A program made the translations under genes and the position numbers. Under the pieces are notes generated by a model that saw only the letters and a program-made list of their open reading frames with translations, did no database searches and was not told the DNA's origin. Source: a virus (taxonomy: Duplodnaviria > Caudoviricetes). Taken from it: 64,000 nt of DNA. The stretch is taken from IMG/VR virus record IMGVR_UViG_2847686936_000003, positions 3,507-67,506 of that record; one strand, 5' to 3'. Position 1 is the stretch's first letter, and the number at the start of each line of letters is the position of its first letter. Below are positions 18,122 through 26,553 of the stretch, in pieces.

Positions 18122-18159
18122 GCAACCAAAATGACACTGTATGTTACCATTTTGGTACG
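18122..18159 (-). promoter_or_regulatory. two degenerate operator sites upstream of the DUF488-like gene
   Basis: gcaaccaaaatgacact (18122-18138) and gttaccattttggtacg (18143-18159). Confidence 0.5.
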
Positions 18160-18164
18160 TTGCC

Positions 18165-18614
18165 TCACCCGTACATCTGCATTAGGTATGGGTTCTCTCC
18201 AGCGCCTTCGGGCGCTGTCCTGTGGTAGGGATGGAGAGGAGGGCCGATCAGGGGCAACCCGGTCGGCCTTTGATATTTCCGGCGTGGCTGCGGCGCCTCG
18301 AAGCGCACTTCGGGATAATTGACCCACGCCGTCACCGTCTCGAAACTGATGGCGCGCGGCAAGCTCTTGACGTCGTCGAGCAGCGTTCGTCCTGCCAGGA
18401 TCCCATTGCCCGCGAACTCGGCGCCCGAGCGGAAAAACTGGAAGGTCCTTCGCCATGGTCCGGTTGAGAGCCAGAGGTCCAGGCCCGGCGCCAACTCCAC
18501 GCGGTCGAGGCTGTCGCTCTCAAGAAGTTCGCAGAAGAGCTGGTGCCCCAGAGGGCGCGGCGTCTGGTAGTCGATGGCGCGCCGGAGTGTCGAATCGATC
18601 AGGATGAAGCGCAT
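18165..18614 (-). CDS. hypothetical protein
   Basis: MRFILIDSTLRR...FAGNGILAG. Confidence 0.65.
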   Translation of the reverse strand: MRFILIDSTLRRAIDYQTPRPLGHQLFCELLESDSLDRVELAPGLDLWLSTGPWRRTFQFFRSGAEFAGNGILAGRTLLDDVKSLPRAISFETVTAWVNYPEVRFEAPQPRRKYQRPTGLPLIGPPLHPYHRTAPEGAGENPYLMQMYG

Positions 18615-18955
18615 TGCAGTTCTCGTGCCTCGAGGCGTTGGTTGATGGTGGGGAGCGTCTCGCTGGCGAACAATTCGAGCCACCACTTGATCAGCTCGGC
18701 CTGGTAGCGGTCGTCGGCCGCACGATGGCGGGGCTCGCGTAGCTGTCGCTCGATCCAGTCAAGCCGGTCGCGAAGATCCGGCCGGTAGAGCAGATTGCGG
18801 AATGCATCTGCGAGCCGCATGTCCAGGGCGTAATCCCCGGTGCAGCCGAGGGGCGACCAGTCGCTGTACCAGGACGACCACATGTCCAGGGCCTGGCTGA
18901 TGGTGGGGAGCCGGCGCCGCCGCTCCTCCTCGTCTTCTGGTAACGGGCGAAACAC
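18599..18955 (-). CDS. hypothetical protein (GTG start)
   Basis: Leader CCCTACCACGGAG 8 nt upstream of GTG; VFRPLPEDEEERRRRLPT... Confidence 0.65.
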   Translation of the reverse strand: MFRPLPEDEEERRRRLPTISQALDMWSSWYSDWSPLGCTGDYALDMRLADAFRNLLYRPDLRDRLDWIERQLREPRHRAADDRYQAELIKWWLELFASETLPTINQRLEARELQCASS

Positions 18956-18980
18956 TTTTGGGCTCCGTGGTAGGGATAAT

Positions 18981-19010
18981 GATCCTATGATGTAACCAAT
19001 TTGGTTACAA
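18981..19010 (-). promoter_or_regulatory. operator-promoter TTGTAA-N17-TAGGAT with perfect operator at 18992-19008
   Basis: Read directly from sequence. Confidence 0.8.
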
Positions 19011-19020
19011 TATGGCCAAG

Positions 19021-20586
19021 CTAAAAGTAATTTCTGCGGCCGTCCTTCCATAGCTTGACCGTGACGGTGTTCACGTAGGTCCCGACCTCGGCGAAGGAGC
19101 CGTGCGGCAGATCGCGGAACTGGCCGTTCAGCTTTTGGATCAAGCCCCGGAAGGCGATGGCCTTGCGCGTCTCGCGAAACTCGGTGCCGGCCGACATGAT
19201 TGCAGCGAGGCACCCGCCGTCTTCCAGGAAGTCGAGGGCGTGCACCACATGGTCGATGTCGCGCTCCATGTCGAACGGCGGGTTCATGATGATGCGATCG
19301 TATTTTCCCGTCACTGAGGGGCGGAGCGCAAGGAAGTCGGTCGCGTAGACCTTGCGATAGAGGCGCTGCGCTTCGAGCGCGGCCGACAGCGCAGGCTGCA
19401 GCTCGACGCAATCGACGATATTGTCGAAGCGATACTCGGCGCGCCATCTCTCGCGCTTCACCGGGTCGTCGTAGCCGTAGTGACCGGAGAAGTCGTTTAG
19501 GCTGGTGATGCAACGTCGCGCGAGGTTGCCGATGCCGGCGCTGGGTTCGAGGATCCGAAGGCGCGGCGCATCGCTGGCCTGCATGATCGGAATGCCCTTC
19601 AAGAGCTCGTCGGCCGCCTCGTCCGGCGTCGGGAAAAAGCCGAAGTTCTTCGCCGGCGTGGTCTTGCGGTTCCGGAACAGATCGTCCTGCTCGCGCGTCT
19701 GGCCGTCGCCGATCACCTCGCCATAGTATTCGGCGAGCATCTTGTTGACCCTTTCCACCAGGTCGTCACGCGTGAACCAGAGATGCGCATTGCCGTTCTT
19801 GTAGGCGACGATCCTGAAATACTCGCCGTGATGTTCGGACTGCTGTGGCTGGAAGCCCCTGCGCTCGGCGCGCACCACGTTCTCGATGCTGTTGTAGGAC
19901 GGCTTCTTGCCGTCGAGGACGGAGAAGGTGCGTTCGATATCGCGCACGGTGTCCCACGTGCCGCCCCACGAAACATGGCCATGGTCGCGGTCGAAGGCAT
20001 AAGTCAGGATCATGCGGCTGCCGACCTTGAAGCCGTCGTGAGACCGGAACCGGCGGTCCAGCTTGGAGAAGGCCGTCGCTATGCCGCGCCGGAAGATCAT
20101 CTCGGACTCGCCGGCCCACTTCTCGATGGTGGCGTACACATTGTCGACCGTGACGGGAGGAATCCCCATGATCTCGTCGAGGTTGACCAGCTCCTTGCCG
20201 TCACCGCGGTCATAGCGCTCCGGCACCCACTTCAACGTGTCGCGCAACTCGTCCTTCGCCTGTTTGTCCATCAGGACTTCGAGATCCGTCATCTTGACCA
20301 GATAGTGCCAGCACGAGATGTCGATGAGGCGGATGGCGGTACGCTTCCACTGCTCGGCGTCGGGCAAATCGACGGCCTCGAGAAAGGCCTTCACCTCGCC
20401 GTTGTCGCGGTCGCTGTACCTGGAGCAAGCATGCTCGCCAGCGGCTGCTTTCCAGAGCGCCGCCGCCTTCTTCAATTCCCGATCAGCCTGCTCGATCGAG
20501 GCGAATGCGCCATGATAGGCGGCCACGGCTGCATCGCGATAGGCGACGATCTGCTCGATCGTGTTGCGAGGGATCAGCGCGTTCAT
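19021..20586 (-). CDS. DUF4942-like domain + class I SAM-dependent (N6-adenine) methyltransferase
   Basis: N-terminal W..L..MTDLEVLMD...EYFRIVAYKNGNAHLWF; C-terminal FFPTP...ILEPSAGIGNL...DCVELQ...DFL...IMNPPF. Confidence 0.85.
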   Translation of the reverse strand: MNALIPRNTIEQIVAYRDAAVAAYHGAFASIEQADRELKKAAALWKAAAGEHACSRYSDRDNGEVKAFLEAVDLPDAEQWKRTAIRLIDISCWHYLVKMTDLEVLMDKQAKDELRDTLKWVPERYDRGDGKELVNLDEIMGIPPVTVDNVYATIEKWAGESEMIFRRGIATAFSKLDRRFRSHDGFKVGSRMILTYAFDRDHGHVSWGGTWDTVRDIERTFSVLDGKKPSYNSIENVVRAERRGFQPQQSEHHGEYFRIVAYKNGNAHLWFTRDDLVERVNKMLAEYYGEVIGDGQTREQDDLFRNRKTTPAKNFGFFPTPDEAADELLKGIPIMQASDAPRLRILEPSAGIGNLARRCITSLNDFSGHYGYDDPVKRERWRAEYRFDNIVDCVELQPALSAALEAQRLYRKVYATDFLALRPSVTGKYDRIIMNPPFDMERDIDHVVHALDFLEDGGCLAAIMSAGTEFRETRKAIAFRGLIQKLNGQFRDLPHGSFAEVGTYVNTVTVKLWKDGRRNYF

Positions 20587-20723
20587 GGCTTCGCCTCGAC
20601 CGGCTTGGCGCTCACGGCGCCGTGCATCTTCTGGAACGTGAAGACGTCCTTGCGCTCGATGACGATCTCGCAGCGCTTGCTGCCGTCGGGCAGCGTGAAC
20701 TCGTATTCAACTGGCTTGGTCAT
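20583..20723 (-). CDS. 46-aa hypothetical protein (below the ORF-track cutoff)
   Basis: MTKPVEYEFTLPDGSKRCEIVIERKDVFTFQKMHGAVSAKPVEAKP; leader motif upstream, ATGA overlap with the MTase. Confidence 0.75.
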   Translation of the reverse strand: MTKPVEYEFTLPDGSKRCEIVIERKDVFTFQKMHGAVSAKPVEAKP

Positions 20724-20798
20724 TGGTCTGGTCTCCGTGGTAGGGATTGGTGGGCGACGGGACCTCTCCCGCCGCCCTATCGAAGGGATTTTCTGCCT

Positions 20799-20957
20799 CT
20801 ATCGGTGCATCGCGCCTCCTGCTCCCGTTGCATCAAACTCGGCCTCTTCCTCCTCGGCCGCGAACTGGTCGGCCCGCTGCTCCCTGCAGGAGGGGCAGCG
20901 GCAGCTTTCGCTGCCGTCGAAGGGGAAAGGGGTTAGGCAGTCGTCGCAGTAGGGCAT
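20799..20957 (-). CDS. 52-aa Zn-ribbon protein with acidic tail (below the ORF-track cutoff)
   Basis: MPYCDDC...CRCPSC...EEEEAEFD; leader motif and operator-promoter upstream. Confidence 0.7.
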   Translation of the reverse strand: MPYCDDCLTPFPFDGSESCRCPSCREQRADQFAAEEEEAEFDATGAGGAMHR

Positions 20958-21001
20958 GGTCGACTCGTCTCTGTGGTAGGGAAAACCGGTGTAACCACAA
21001 C

Positions 21002-21030
21002 AGGTTAGCGTGTAACCAAATTGGTTACAA
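21002..21030 (-). promoter_or_regulatory. operator-promoter TTGTAA-N17-TAACCT with perfect operator at 21012-21028
   Basis: Read directly from sequence; second half-degenerate site at 20991. Confidence 0.8.
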
Positions 21031-21296
21031 TGCGGCCACGGACAAAAGATCGTGTTCGCCCAGGTGCAGTTGTTGGGAGGTTAGAGGTGTCGACAGGTGC
21101 GCCGACTGCGCTTAGCGCAATAGAAGCCACGACCAGTATGCCCTCGATCGCCATCCGCCCGAGAACTAAGGATCGATCAATCGGGCTCGGCTTTTGATGC
21201 GGCGATGGATAAGATCGACCATGCGCCCAAGCTCATCAATGAGCAGATAAAGGAACTGGCGCGGCGCAAGCGGGACGAGGGGAAGGACTAACCTCA

Positions 21297-21650
21297 ATGA
21301 AATGCGCCGCCGAACCGTCCGTTGCATTGCTGATCTTCGCTCTGGTCGGATGCGGCGCAGTGGATGGCGTACAATCGTTCGAGATGCGTCGAGACGCCGA
21401 CGGCGCGCGAGCTTCATGCGGGCTAACAACTGCCCCAGCATCTTTAAGCAATGATAAAATCGACCCTGATGTAGCCCGCTGCGTAAATGCATGTAAGCAG
21501 CTTGGGTTTGTTGTCGAGAGCGCTTTCCCTCCCGCTCTGATCAACAAACAGGTTGATGCGTCTGGTGATAGCTCGCCCGCAGATGTCCAATCTATAAAAA
21601 CTAGGAGCGCCCTGCTGTCCGGGACGTGCTTGTACCGTATACATGCGTGA
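21297..21650 (+). CDS. putative lipoprotein (moron)
   Basis: ALLIFALVGC lipobox, several Cys; locally lower GC; opposite strand to neighbours. Confidence 0.5.
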   Translation: MKCAAEPSVALLIFALVGCGAVDGVQSFEMRRDADGARASCGLTTAPASLSNDKIDPDVARCVNACKQLGFVVESAFPPALINKQVDASGDSSPADVQSIKTRSALLSGTCLYRIHA

Positions 21651-22073
21651 GCCCTAGCCCCAATCCCCCTCAAGGCTGGGGCTTTTCCATTCGGAATAGC
21701 GGCCGTGAACGCGAAAGAATCCGCGACAGGCCGGCACACTGTGACAGGGTTGCCTCCAGGCAACCAATTTCGTAGCAAGTCGAGATCGAAAGAACTGGGA
21801 TCGGACAAATGGAAGATTACGACAACCAGAAGGGCGCCAAGCCCGAAGACGTGCGCCACGCTTTGAAAGGGTGGACATTTTTCCTCGTGATAACGACAGC
21901 CATCTTTGGCGCGGCCTACGCTCTGATAGAGATGTAAGATGATCTCCCCGGCAGACGGATTGCCGGAGAAGATTGGAACGGCGGTTGGTGCAGTCGTCAT
22001 CATCGCCGGTGCTTAGGGGATTTATCTAGCCCTTGCGGCCTAGCATCAGGCGCGGATCTAAATATCTTGTCCC

Positions 22074-22922
22074 TCAAAATGCGAAGGCGAGTTGGCCGGT
22101 CTTCTCGACGCAGCTGGGGATGCCGATCGGCGCGAGGCCCGGCAGCGCATGGATGAAACCGCCCGGCTGGTAGGCGGGATCGTTGCGGCGCTCCTCACGG
22201 AGACGGCTGTCGTCTGCGTCGTGCCGCTTGTTCCCCTGCCAATGGGCGAGGCCGAATGGCGGGTTGTGGAGCTTGCACTTTGCCGCCACCTTGCCGTGAT
22301 GATCGATGAGCAGGTTGTGCTCCATCGATATCGTCAGCATCTCGTCGACAGTCATTGCCTCTTCGACGAACCAGCGTTCGCGGGAGAGCCCGCCGCCGGT
22401 GAAGGATCGGTAGCCGGTCTCGCTGAAAAACGGCTGATCGAGGTCGATCACGCGACCGTCGAGGCCGACGCCGCCGAAGACGCCCGGGTAGCGCACGTCG
22501 GTGCGGCAACTGTGAATGGTCAGCATGAACCGCCCGGGCTGGCCGTGCATCGGGATTTCGCCATCGGGCGCGGCCAGTTGTTTGCCGAGCCAGGACGACG
22601 CCGAGTTCCAGCAGTTGAAGCGGGAGCGGAAACGGCCGGAACCGTCCGCGCGCTCCTCCCGGCCGCCGTATTCCTCAATCCGGTAGAGCGTCTCGACACA
22701 TGCCTCGATCACTAGCTCGTAGGGAAGGCGGCCGGGCTTGTCGCAGGCCATCATCGCGGCGTGGTAGTGGTGGAGGGCTTCCCGAGCGATTCCGACCAGA
22801 TATTCGTCGGACCCGTCGCGCAGCATGGCGACATTCTCGTCGATCTCCTGACCGCGTTTCTCGGCCTCGATCTGCCAAGCGTGCTTCTTGGCTGGTGCTT
22901 TCGCCTTGGCGGTCTTAGCCAT
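22074..22922 (-). CDS. KlcB-like protein
   Basis: APDGEIPMHGQPGRF...DLDQPFFSETGYRSF matches the motif I recall from plasmid KlcB-type proteins. Confidence 0.6.
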   Translation of the reverse strand: MAKTAKAKAPAKKHAWQIEAEKRGQEIDENVAMLRDGSDEYLVGIAREALHHYHAAMMACDKPGRLPYELVIEACVETLYRIEEYGGREERADGSGRFRSRFNCWNSASSWLGKQLAAPDGEIPMHGQPGRFMLTIHSCRTDVRYPGVFGGVGLDGRVIDLDQPFFSETGYRSFTGGGLSRERWFVEEAMTVDEMLTISMEHNLLIDHHGKVAAKCKLHNPPFGLAHWQGNKRHDADDSRLREERRNDPAYQPGGFIHALPGLAPIGIPSCVEKTGQLAFAF

Positions 22923-23415
22923 TGCCGTACCTCGGAAGTTCTGCGAGCGACGAGAGGGGCGGCAACCCCATGCGCTCGCGAGATCGGTTGATGATGGGGA
23001 GAGGGTCGAAACCCTTGACGCCCGGACCTCGGTAGACCCATGGCGGGTTCTCCGGGTCGAGCCGGCCGACGTCGTAGCTGTGGAGCATCTCGGCGAAATA
23101 TTCCGGCGTGCCCGGGTAGGGAGCGCTATTCCAGAGTGCCCGCAGGATTTTCCGGATGTTGTCGCCGTAGGCGAAAAGCCGGCTCCTTGCACGACGCCAG
23201 TTCGCGGCGCGGCGGCCGCGAGTATTCTGCTCCCAGATCACCGCTTGCTCGGCGCGCTGCGCCATAACGGTGTCGGCGTCTGGCTGCTCCTCTGCGATCA
23301 TCTCGGAAAAGAGCGGCAGTTTCTCTCGCTCAAGGCGCTGCTTTCGGGCCAAGGCGAGCCGCTTTCGCCTCGTGTCTTCGAACGGGCCATATCGGCGTGT
23401 CCGGAAGTGGCGCAT
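22915..23415 (-). CDS. conserved plasmid/phage hypothetical protein
   Basis: RKQRLEREKLPLFSEMIAEEQPD...WRRARSRL...W...PYP..PEYFAEML. Confidence 0.7.
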   Translation of the reverse strand: MRHFRTRRYGPFEDTRRKRLALARKQRLEREKLPLFSEMIAEEQPDADTVMAQRAEQAVIWEQNTRGRRAANWRRARSRLFAYGDNIRKILRALWNSAPYPGTPEYFAEMLHSYDVGRLDPENPPWVYRGPGVKGFDPLPIINRSRERMGLPPLSSLAELPRYGNG

Positions 23416-24149
23416 CAGAGCAACCTCCCCTCGGCCACCTGCCAGACGCCCTCGCCTAGCGGTTCGAACGGGCCGCGCTGTAGGGTCTGGCGGACCTTCG
23501 CCTTCCAGTTCGGATTGCGTTCGGACTTCGGATTCTCGGCCAAGGCGCGGTAGAGATCGTCGAGCCGCACGGCCGCGCCGGCGCGCTGCATCACCTTCAA
23601 CACCTCGTCGACCCACGAGCCGACGGAGGCAAAGCCGAAGATCAGCGAGCGCAGGCGCAGCGGCACGAAAGCGCCGGGAATGCCGCTGGCCGCAAGGCGG
23701 TCAGCATCGTCGGCGCCATAGGCGCAGAACACCGACGGCGCGCCGGCGTTGGCCTTCGCTCGAGTCCCAGCCGCATTATGGAAATGAAGCCGTCCCTCCA
23801 TGAAGAGGAGCGCGTCGGCCGCACGCCACACGAACTCATGGAACACCTGCGTTTCGGTGCGGGCGAAGATCAGCGCGATTCCATGGGCGTGCTCGGCCAT
23901 ACGGCCCATCCAGCGGCCGATCACGTTGTTCGAGTATGGCGGGTTGAGCCACACGCGACCGTGCCAGGGCCGGGCTAGACCGTTGTCGGCGATGGTGTAG
24001 TGCTGGCGCGCCATGTCCCACGGCCGATCGAGGGGAGCGCAGGGATCGAGGTCAAAACTCTCGGCGCCACCGAGCGCGGCCAGGAGGGCGGGAGGGGTCA
24101 GCCAGACGTCGGTGCCGGCCGCCGCGGACTGATGGCTACCGATGGGCAT
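23415..24149 (-). CDS. phage Dam-type N6-adenine DNA methyltransferase
   Basis: WLTPP...FDLDPCA...WHGRVWLNPPYS...LIFARTET...GRLHF. Confidence 0.9.
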   Translation of the reverse strand: MPIGSHQSAAAGTDVWLTPPALLAALGGAESFDLDPCAPLDRPWDMARQHYTIADNGLARPWHGRVWLNPPYSNNVIGRWMGRMAEHAHGIALIFARTETQVFHEFVWRAADALLFMEGRLHFHNAAGTRAKANAGAPSVFCAYGADDADRLAASGIPGAFVPLRLRSLIFGFASVGSWVDEVLKVMQRAGAAVRLDDLYRALAENPKSERNPNWKAKVRQTLQRGPFEPLGEGVWQVAEGRLL

Positions 24150-24390
24150 GGCGCGCCTCCTCGGTCAGCCTGCGCAGCACGTCGCCGACGCTGCTGATGG
24201 GACTCTCCAGCCGGGCCTCGTCGAGCTCGGCCAGATCGATCTTGGTTTCGTTCCCGTCTTCATCGATCATCGTGAAGACGCTTGCGGTGGAGTGCGGCTT
24301 GCGCAGGATATCCCACGCCCAGCGTGCGGCCGCTTCGGGATCGCCTTCGCCCTCGTAGTCGATCTCCCATGTGACTAGATAGCGGGCCAT
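24136..24390 (-). CDS. hypothetical phage protein
   Basis: YLVTWEIDYE...AAARWAW...F. Confidence 0.75.
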   Translation of the reverse strand: MARYLVTWEIDYEGEGDPEAAARWAWDILRKPHSTASVFTMIDEDGNETKIDLAELDEARLESPISSVGDVLRRLTEEARHAHR

Positions 24391-24758
24391 CAGCGCTGCT
24401 CCCGCTTGAGCATGTCGCGCGCCGCTCCGCGCGCCATGGGTCCGTCGCCGAAAGCGCCGTCTGCGATCTCTTGCAATTCAGCAGTGCGCGGGTCAGGTCC
24501 GTCGCAGGCGTCTTCCTCCTCTTCGTCCACGTCCTCGCGGGTGAGCTGGTCGAACGTCCACTCGTCGCCCTCCTCGTCGAGGAAGACGATCTTGCCGTTG
24601 CGCTTGGCGGTCTGGATATCGTTCCAGAAGATTTCGGTGCCGCCGGCGTATTCCGGCTCGCCCGTCTCCGGGTCGATGTCGCTGATGTGAGCGCGGCCGG
24701 TCAGCCGCTCCAATGTTCCGGTGATCGGGCTTCCGGTAGGGGATAAGTAGTTGGCCAT
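24390..24758 (-). CDS. acidic hypothetical phage protein
   Basis: YLSPTGSPITGTLERL...EYAGGTEIFW...FLDEEGDEW; leader motif upstream. Confidence 0.8.
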   Translation of the reverse strand: MANYLSPTGSPITGTLERLTGRAHISDIDPETGEPEYAGGTEIFWNDIQTAKRNGKIVFLDEEGDEWTFDQLTREDVDEEEEDACDGPDPRTAELQEIADGAFGDGPMARGAARDMLKREQR

Positions 24759-24785
24759 GGTCTCTGGTCTCCGTGGTAGGGGATT

Positions 24786-24802
24786 GTTGCCAAAATGGTT
24801 GC
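24786..24802. promoter_or_regulatory. degenerate operator gttgccaaaatggttgc
   Basis: Similar to the site at ~5317-5333; directly upstream of a leader motif. Confidence 0.45.
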
Positions 24803-24965
24803 GAAACGCGCTTGACAAAAAGCCAGGGGGGCAGGCAGAAATCGCGCAGCCTGATGTTGCTTCGCGATTCGGCCAATCCCCGAAAATCAGTTGGTGTCGA
24901 AGCCACTCGGCGAGGGCTCAATTCCGGCCTCTTTCGCCACGAAGCCCACGACGTCGAGCACGTCG

Positions 24966-25139
24966 TCAGAGCTTAATTTCTTCGATGGTTTCGGCGAAGC
25001 GCCGCTTGAAATAGGTCTGGTGCTCCGCACCGGCGTAGCGGGCCAAGCCGATGGCAGCGGCGAAGGTGATCGCTTCCAGGCGAGCGCCGCCGAAGCCGGA
25101 CTTCTGATGAAGGCTGGCTGCGAGATCGTTGAGGGTCAT
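24966..25139 (-). CDS. 57-aa hypothetical protein
   Basis: MTLNDLAASLHQKSGFGG...; variant leader at 25151-25161 and operator-like sites at 25165-25201. Confidence 0.65.
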   Translation of the reverse strand: MTLNDLAASLHQKSGFGGARLEAITFAAAIGLARYAGAEHQTYFKRRFAETIEEIKL

Positions 25140-25239
25140 TGGTCGGTAATCGGTGGTAGGGAAAGTAACCGTTCTGGTCGCAAGTAACTTCATTTGGTTA
25201 CACCTTCGATGCAAGTGAAAAAGCGAGGCCCTCGGCGTT

Positions 25240-26553
25240 ATGTTTCAAGGCGTTGTGCCGAAGGAATGCATCGCGCAAATCCTTCGCGTGTCTGAGGTCG
25301 ACAAGTGGGGCCGGGTCTATAACTGCTGCTCCGGAACGTTCCGGTTCGAGCAGATCACGCTCGCCACTTTCCCCGGCGTTGAGATGCACTCCAACGACGT
25401 CAGCCTCTACTCGTCAGCCATCGCCGGTTACCTGCTGGGCAAGCCGATAGACTATGAGTTTCACGGCGCGCTCGACTTCGTGAACGAGTTCGACTTTCGG
25501 GAGCCCGATCAGCGCCTCGCCGCGCTGGCCGTCGGCTTCAATCTCGGCCGCTTCGCTGGCGGCAAGGCGAACGCCTACAAGACCAGCCATCGCGAGCACC
25601 TGGTTGCGAACTTCGGCAGCTATGTCGAGCGCACCCTGGAGAAGGTCCGCAAGCTTCCGGGCATGATCCCGATCAAGAGCTACTCGCCGCGCGACTGGAT
25701 CCTGCATCTCGAGGAGGCCATCGACCGCAAGGCCGCGATCTTCTCCTACCCGCCGTTCTACAAGGGCGGCTACGAAAAGATGTTCGAGTTCCTGGCCGAG
25801 AACATCAAATGGGAAGCTCCCCGATATGAGCTGTTCGACCCCAAGGCGCTGCGCGGTCTCATCGAGCGCGTGCGGCAGGCGGGCGTCCCCTATTGCATCC
25901 TCTCGGACCAGATTTACGACGATCTGAAACCGGAGTTGGAATTCGTCTCCGGCCGGGGCCACCCGCACTACTGCTACGTGTCGACCGGCAAGTCGTCCTA
26001 CCTGCAGCTCGTGCCGCGGTCGGCCCCGTTCCGCTACAAGCCGATCGACCTCGACAAGATCAAGCCGGAATCGGTCGTGACGATTGGCCGGGCCGACGCT
26101 GCCCAGATGACGTTCCTCAAGGACGTCTACCTCAAGAAGGGCATTACCCACACGCCCGGCATGGTGAACTACCTGGTGCGCGTCGACGACATGCTGGTCG
26201 GCGGCCTGATCTACAACCTCGACAAATTCGCGAAGCGGTCGATTTACCTGCTGTCCGACTTCGCCATCTCGCGCGAGGGCAGGCTGTCAAAGCTCGCCAC
26301 CAGGCTCGCCTGCAACGGCGAGCTGCTGCGCGACATGGGCAAGCGCTTCATCGACCGTTTCGACAAGGTGCAAACCTCGGCGTTCTCGGACCATCCGGTC
26401 TCGATGAAATATCGCGGCATCTTCGAGCAGACCAAGCGCGAAGAGATCGACGGGCCGGAAGGCAAGTTCCGCCTGCATTACGTCGGCGCCCGCATCGACG
26501 AGACGCCGCAACAAGCGTTCGAGTGGTGGTATGGCAAGCACTTCAAGCGTTGA
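25240..26553 (+). CDS. putative adenine methyltransferase fused to a C-terminal GNAT-like domain
   Basis: YNCCSGTF (motif I-like), HSNDVSLYS, FSYPPFY (motif IV-like); C-terminal NYLVRVDDMLVGGLIY...LLSDF...LSKL...TSAFSDHPVSMKYRG. Confidence 0.6.
   Translation: MFQGVVPKECIAQILRVSEVDKWGRVYNCCSGTFRFEQITLATFPGVEMHSNDVSLYSSAIAGYLLGKPIDYEFHGALDFVNEFDFREPDQRLAALAVGFNLGRFAGGKANAYKTSHREHLVANFGSYVERTLEKVRKLPGMIPIKSYSPRDWILHLEEAIDRKAAIFSYPPFYKGGYEKMFEFLAENIKWEAPRYELFDPKALRGLIERVRQAGVPYCILSDQIYDDLKPELEFVSGRGHPHYCYVSTGKSSYLQLVPRSAPFRYKPIDLDKIKPESVVTIGRADAAQMTFLKDVYLKKGITHTPGMVNYLVRVDDMLVGGLIYNLDKFAKRSIYLLSDFAISREGRLSKLATRLACNGELLRDMGKRFIDRFDKVQTSAFSDHPVSMKYRGIFEQTKREEIDGPEGKFRLHYVGARIDETPQQAFEWWYGKHFKR

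Noticed and set aside
21654-22003. Membrane-protein ORF(s) on the minus strand
   Set aside because: Two competing frames with no clear start or SD and no recognisable motif
14268-25161. CRISPR array or integron attC array made by the repeated 13-mer
   Set aside because: Repeats are too short and separated by whole genes of variable length. There are no cas or integron integrase genes and no attC-like long palindromes.
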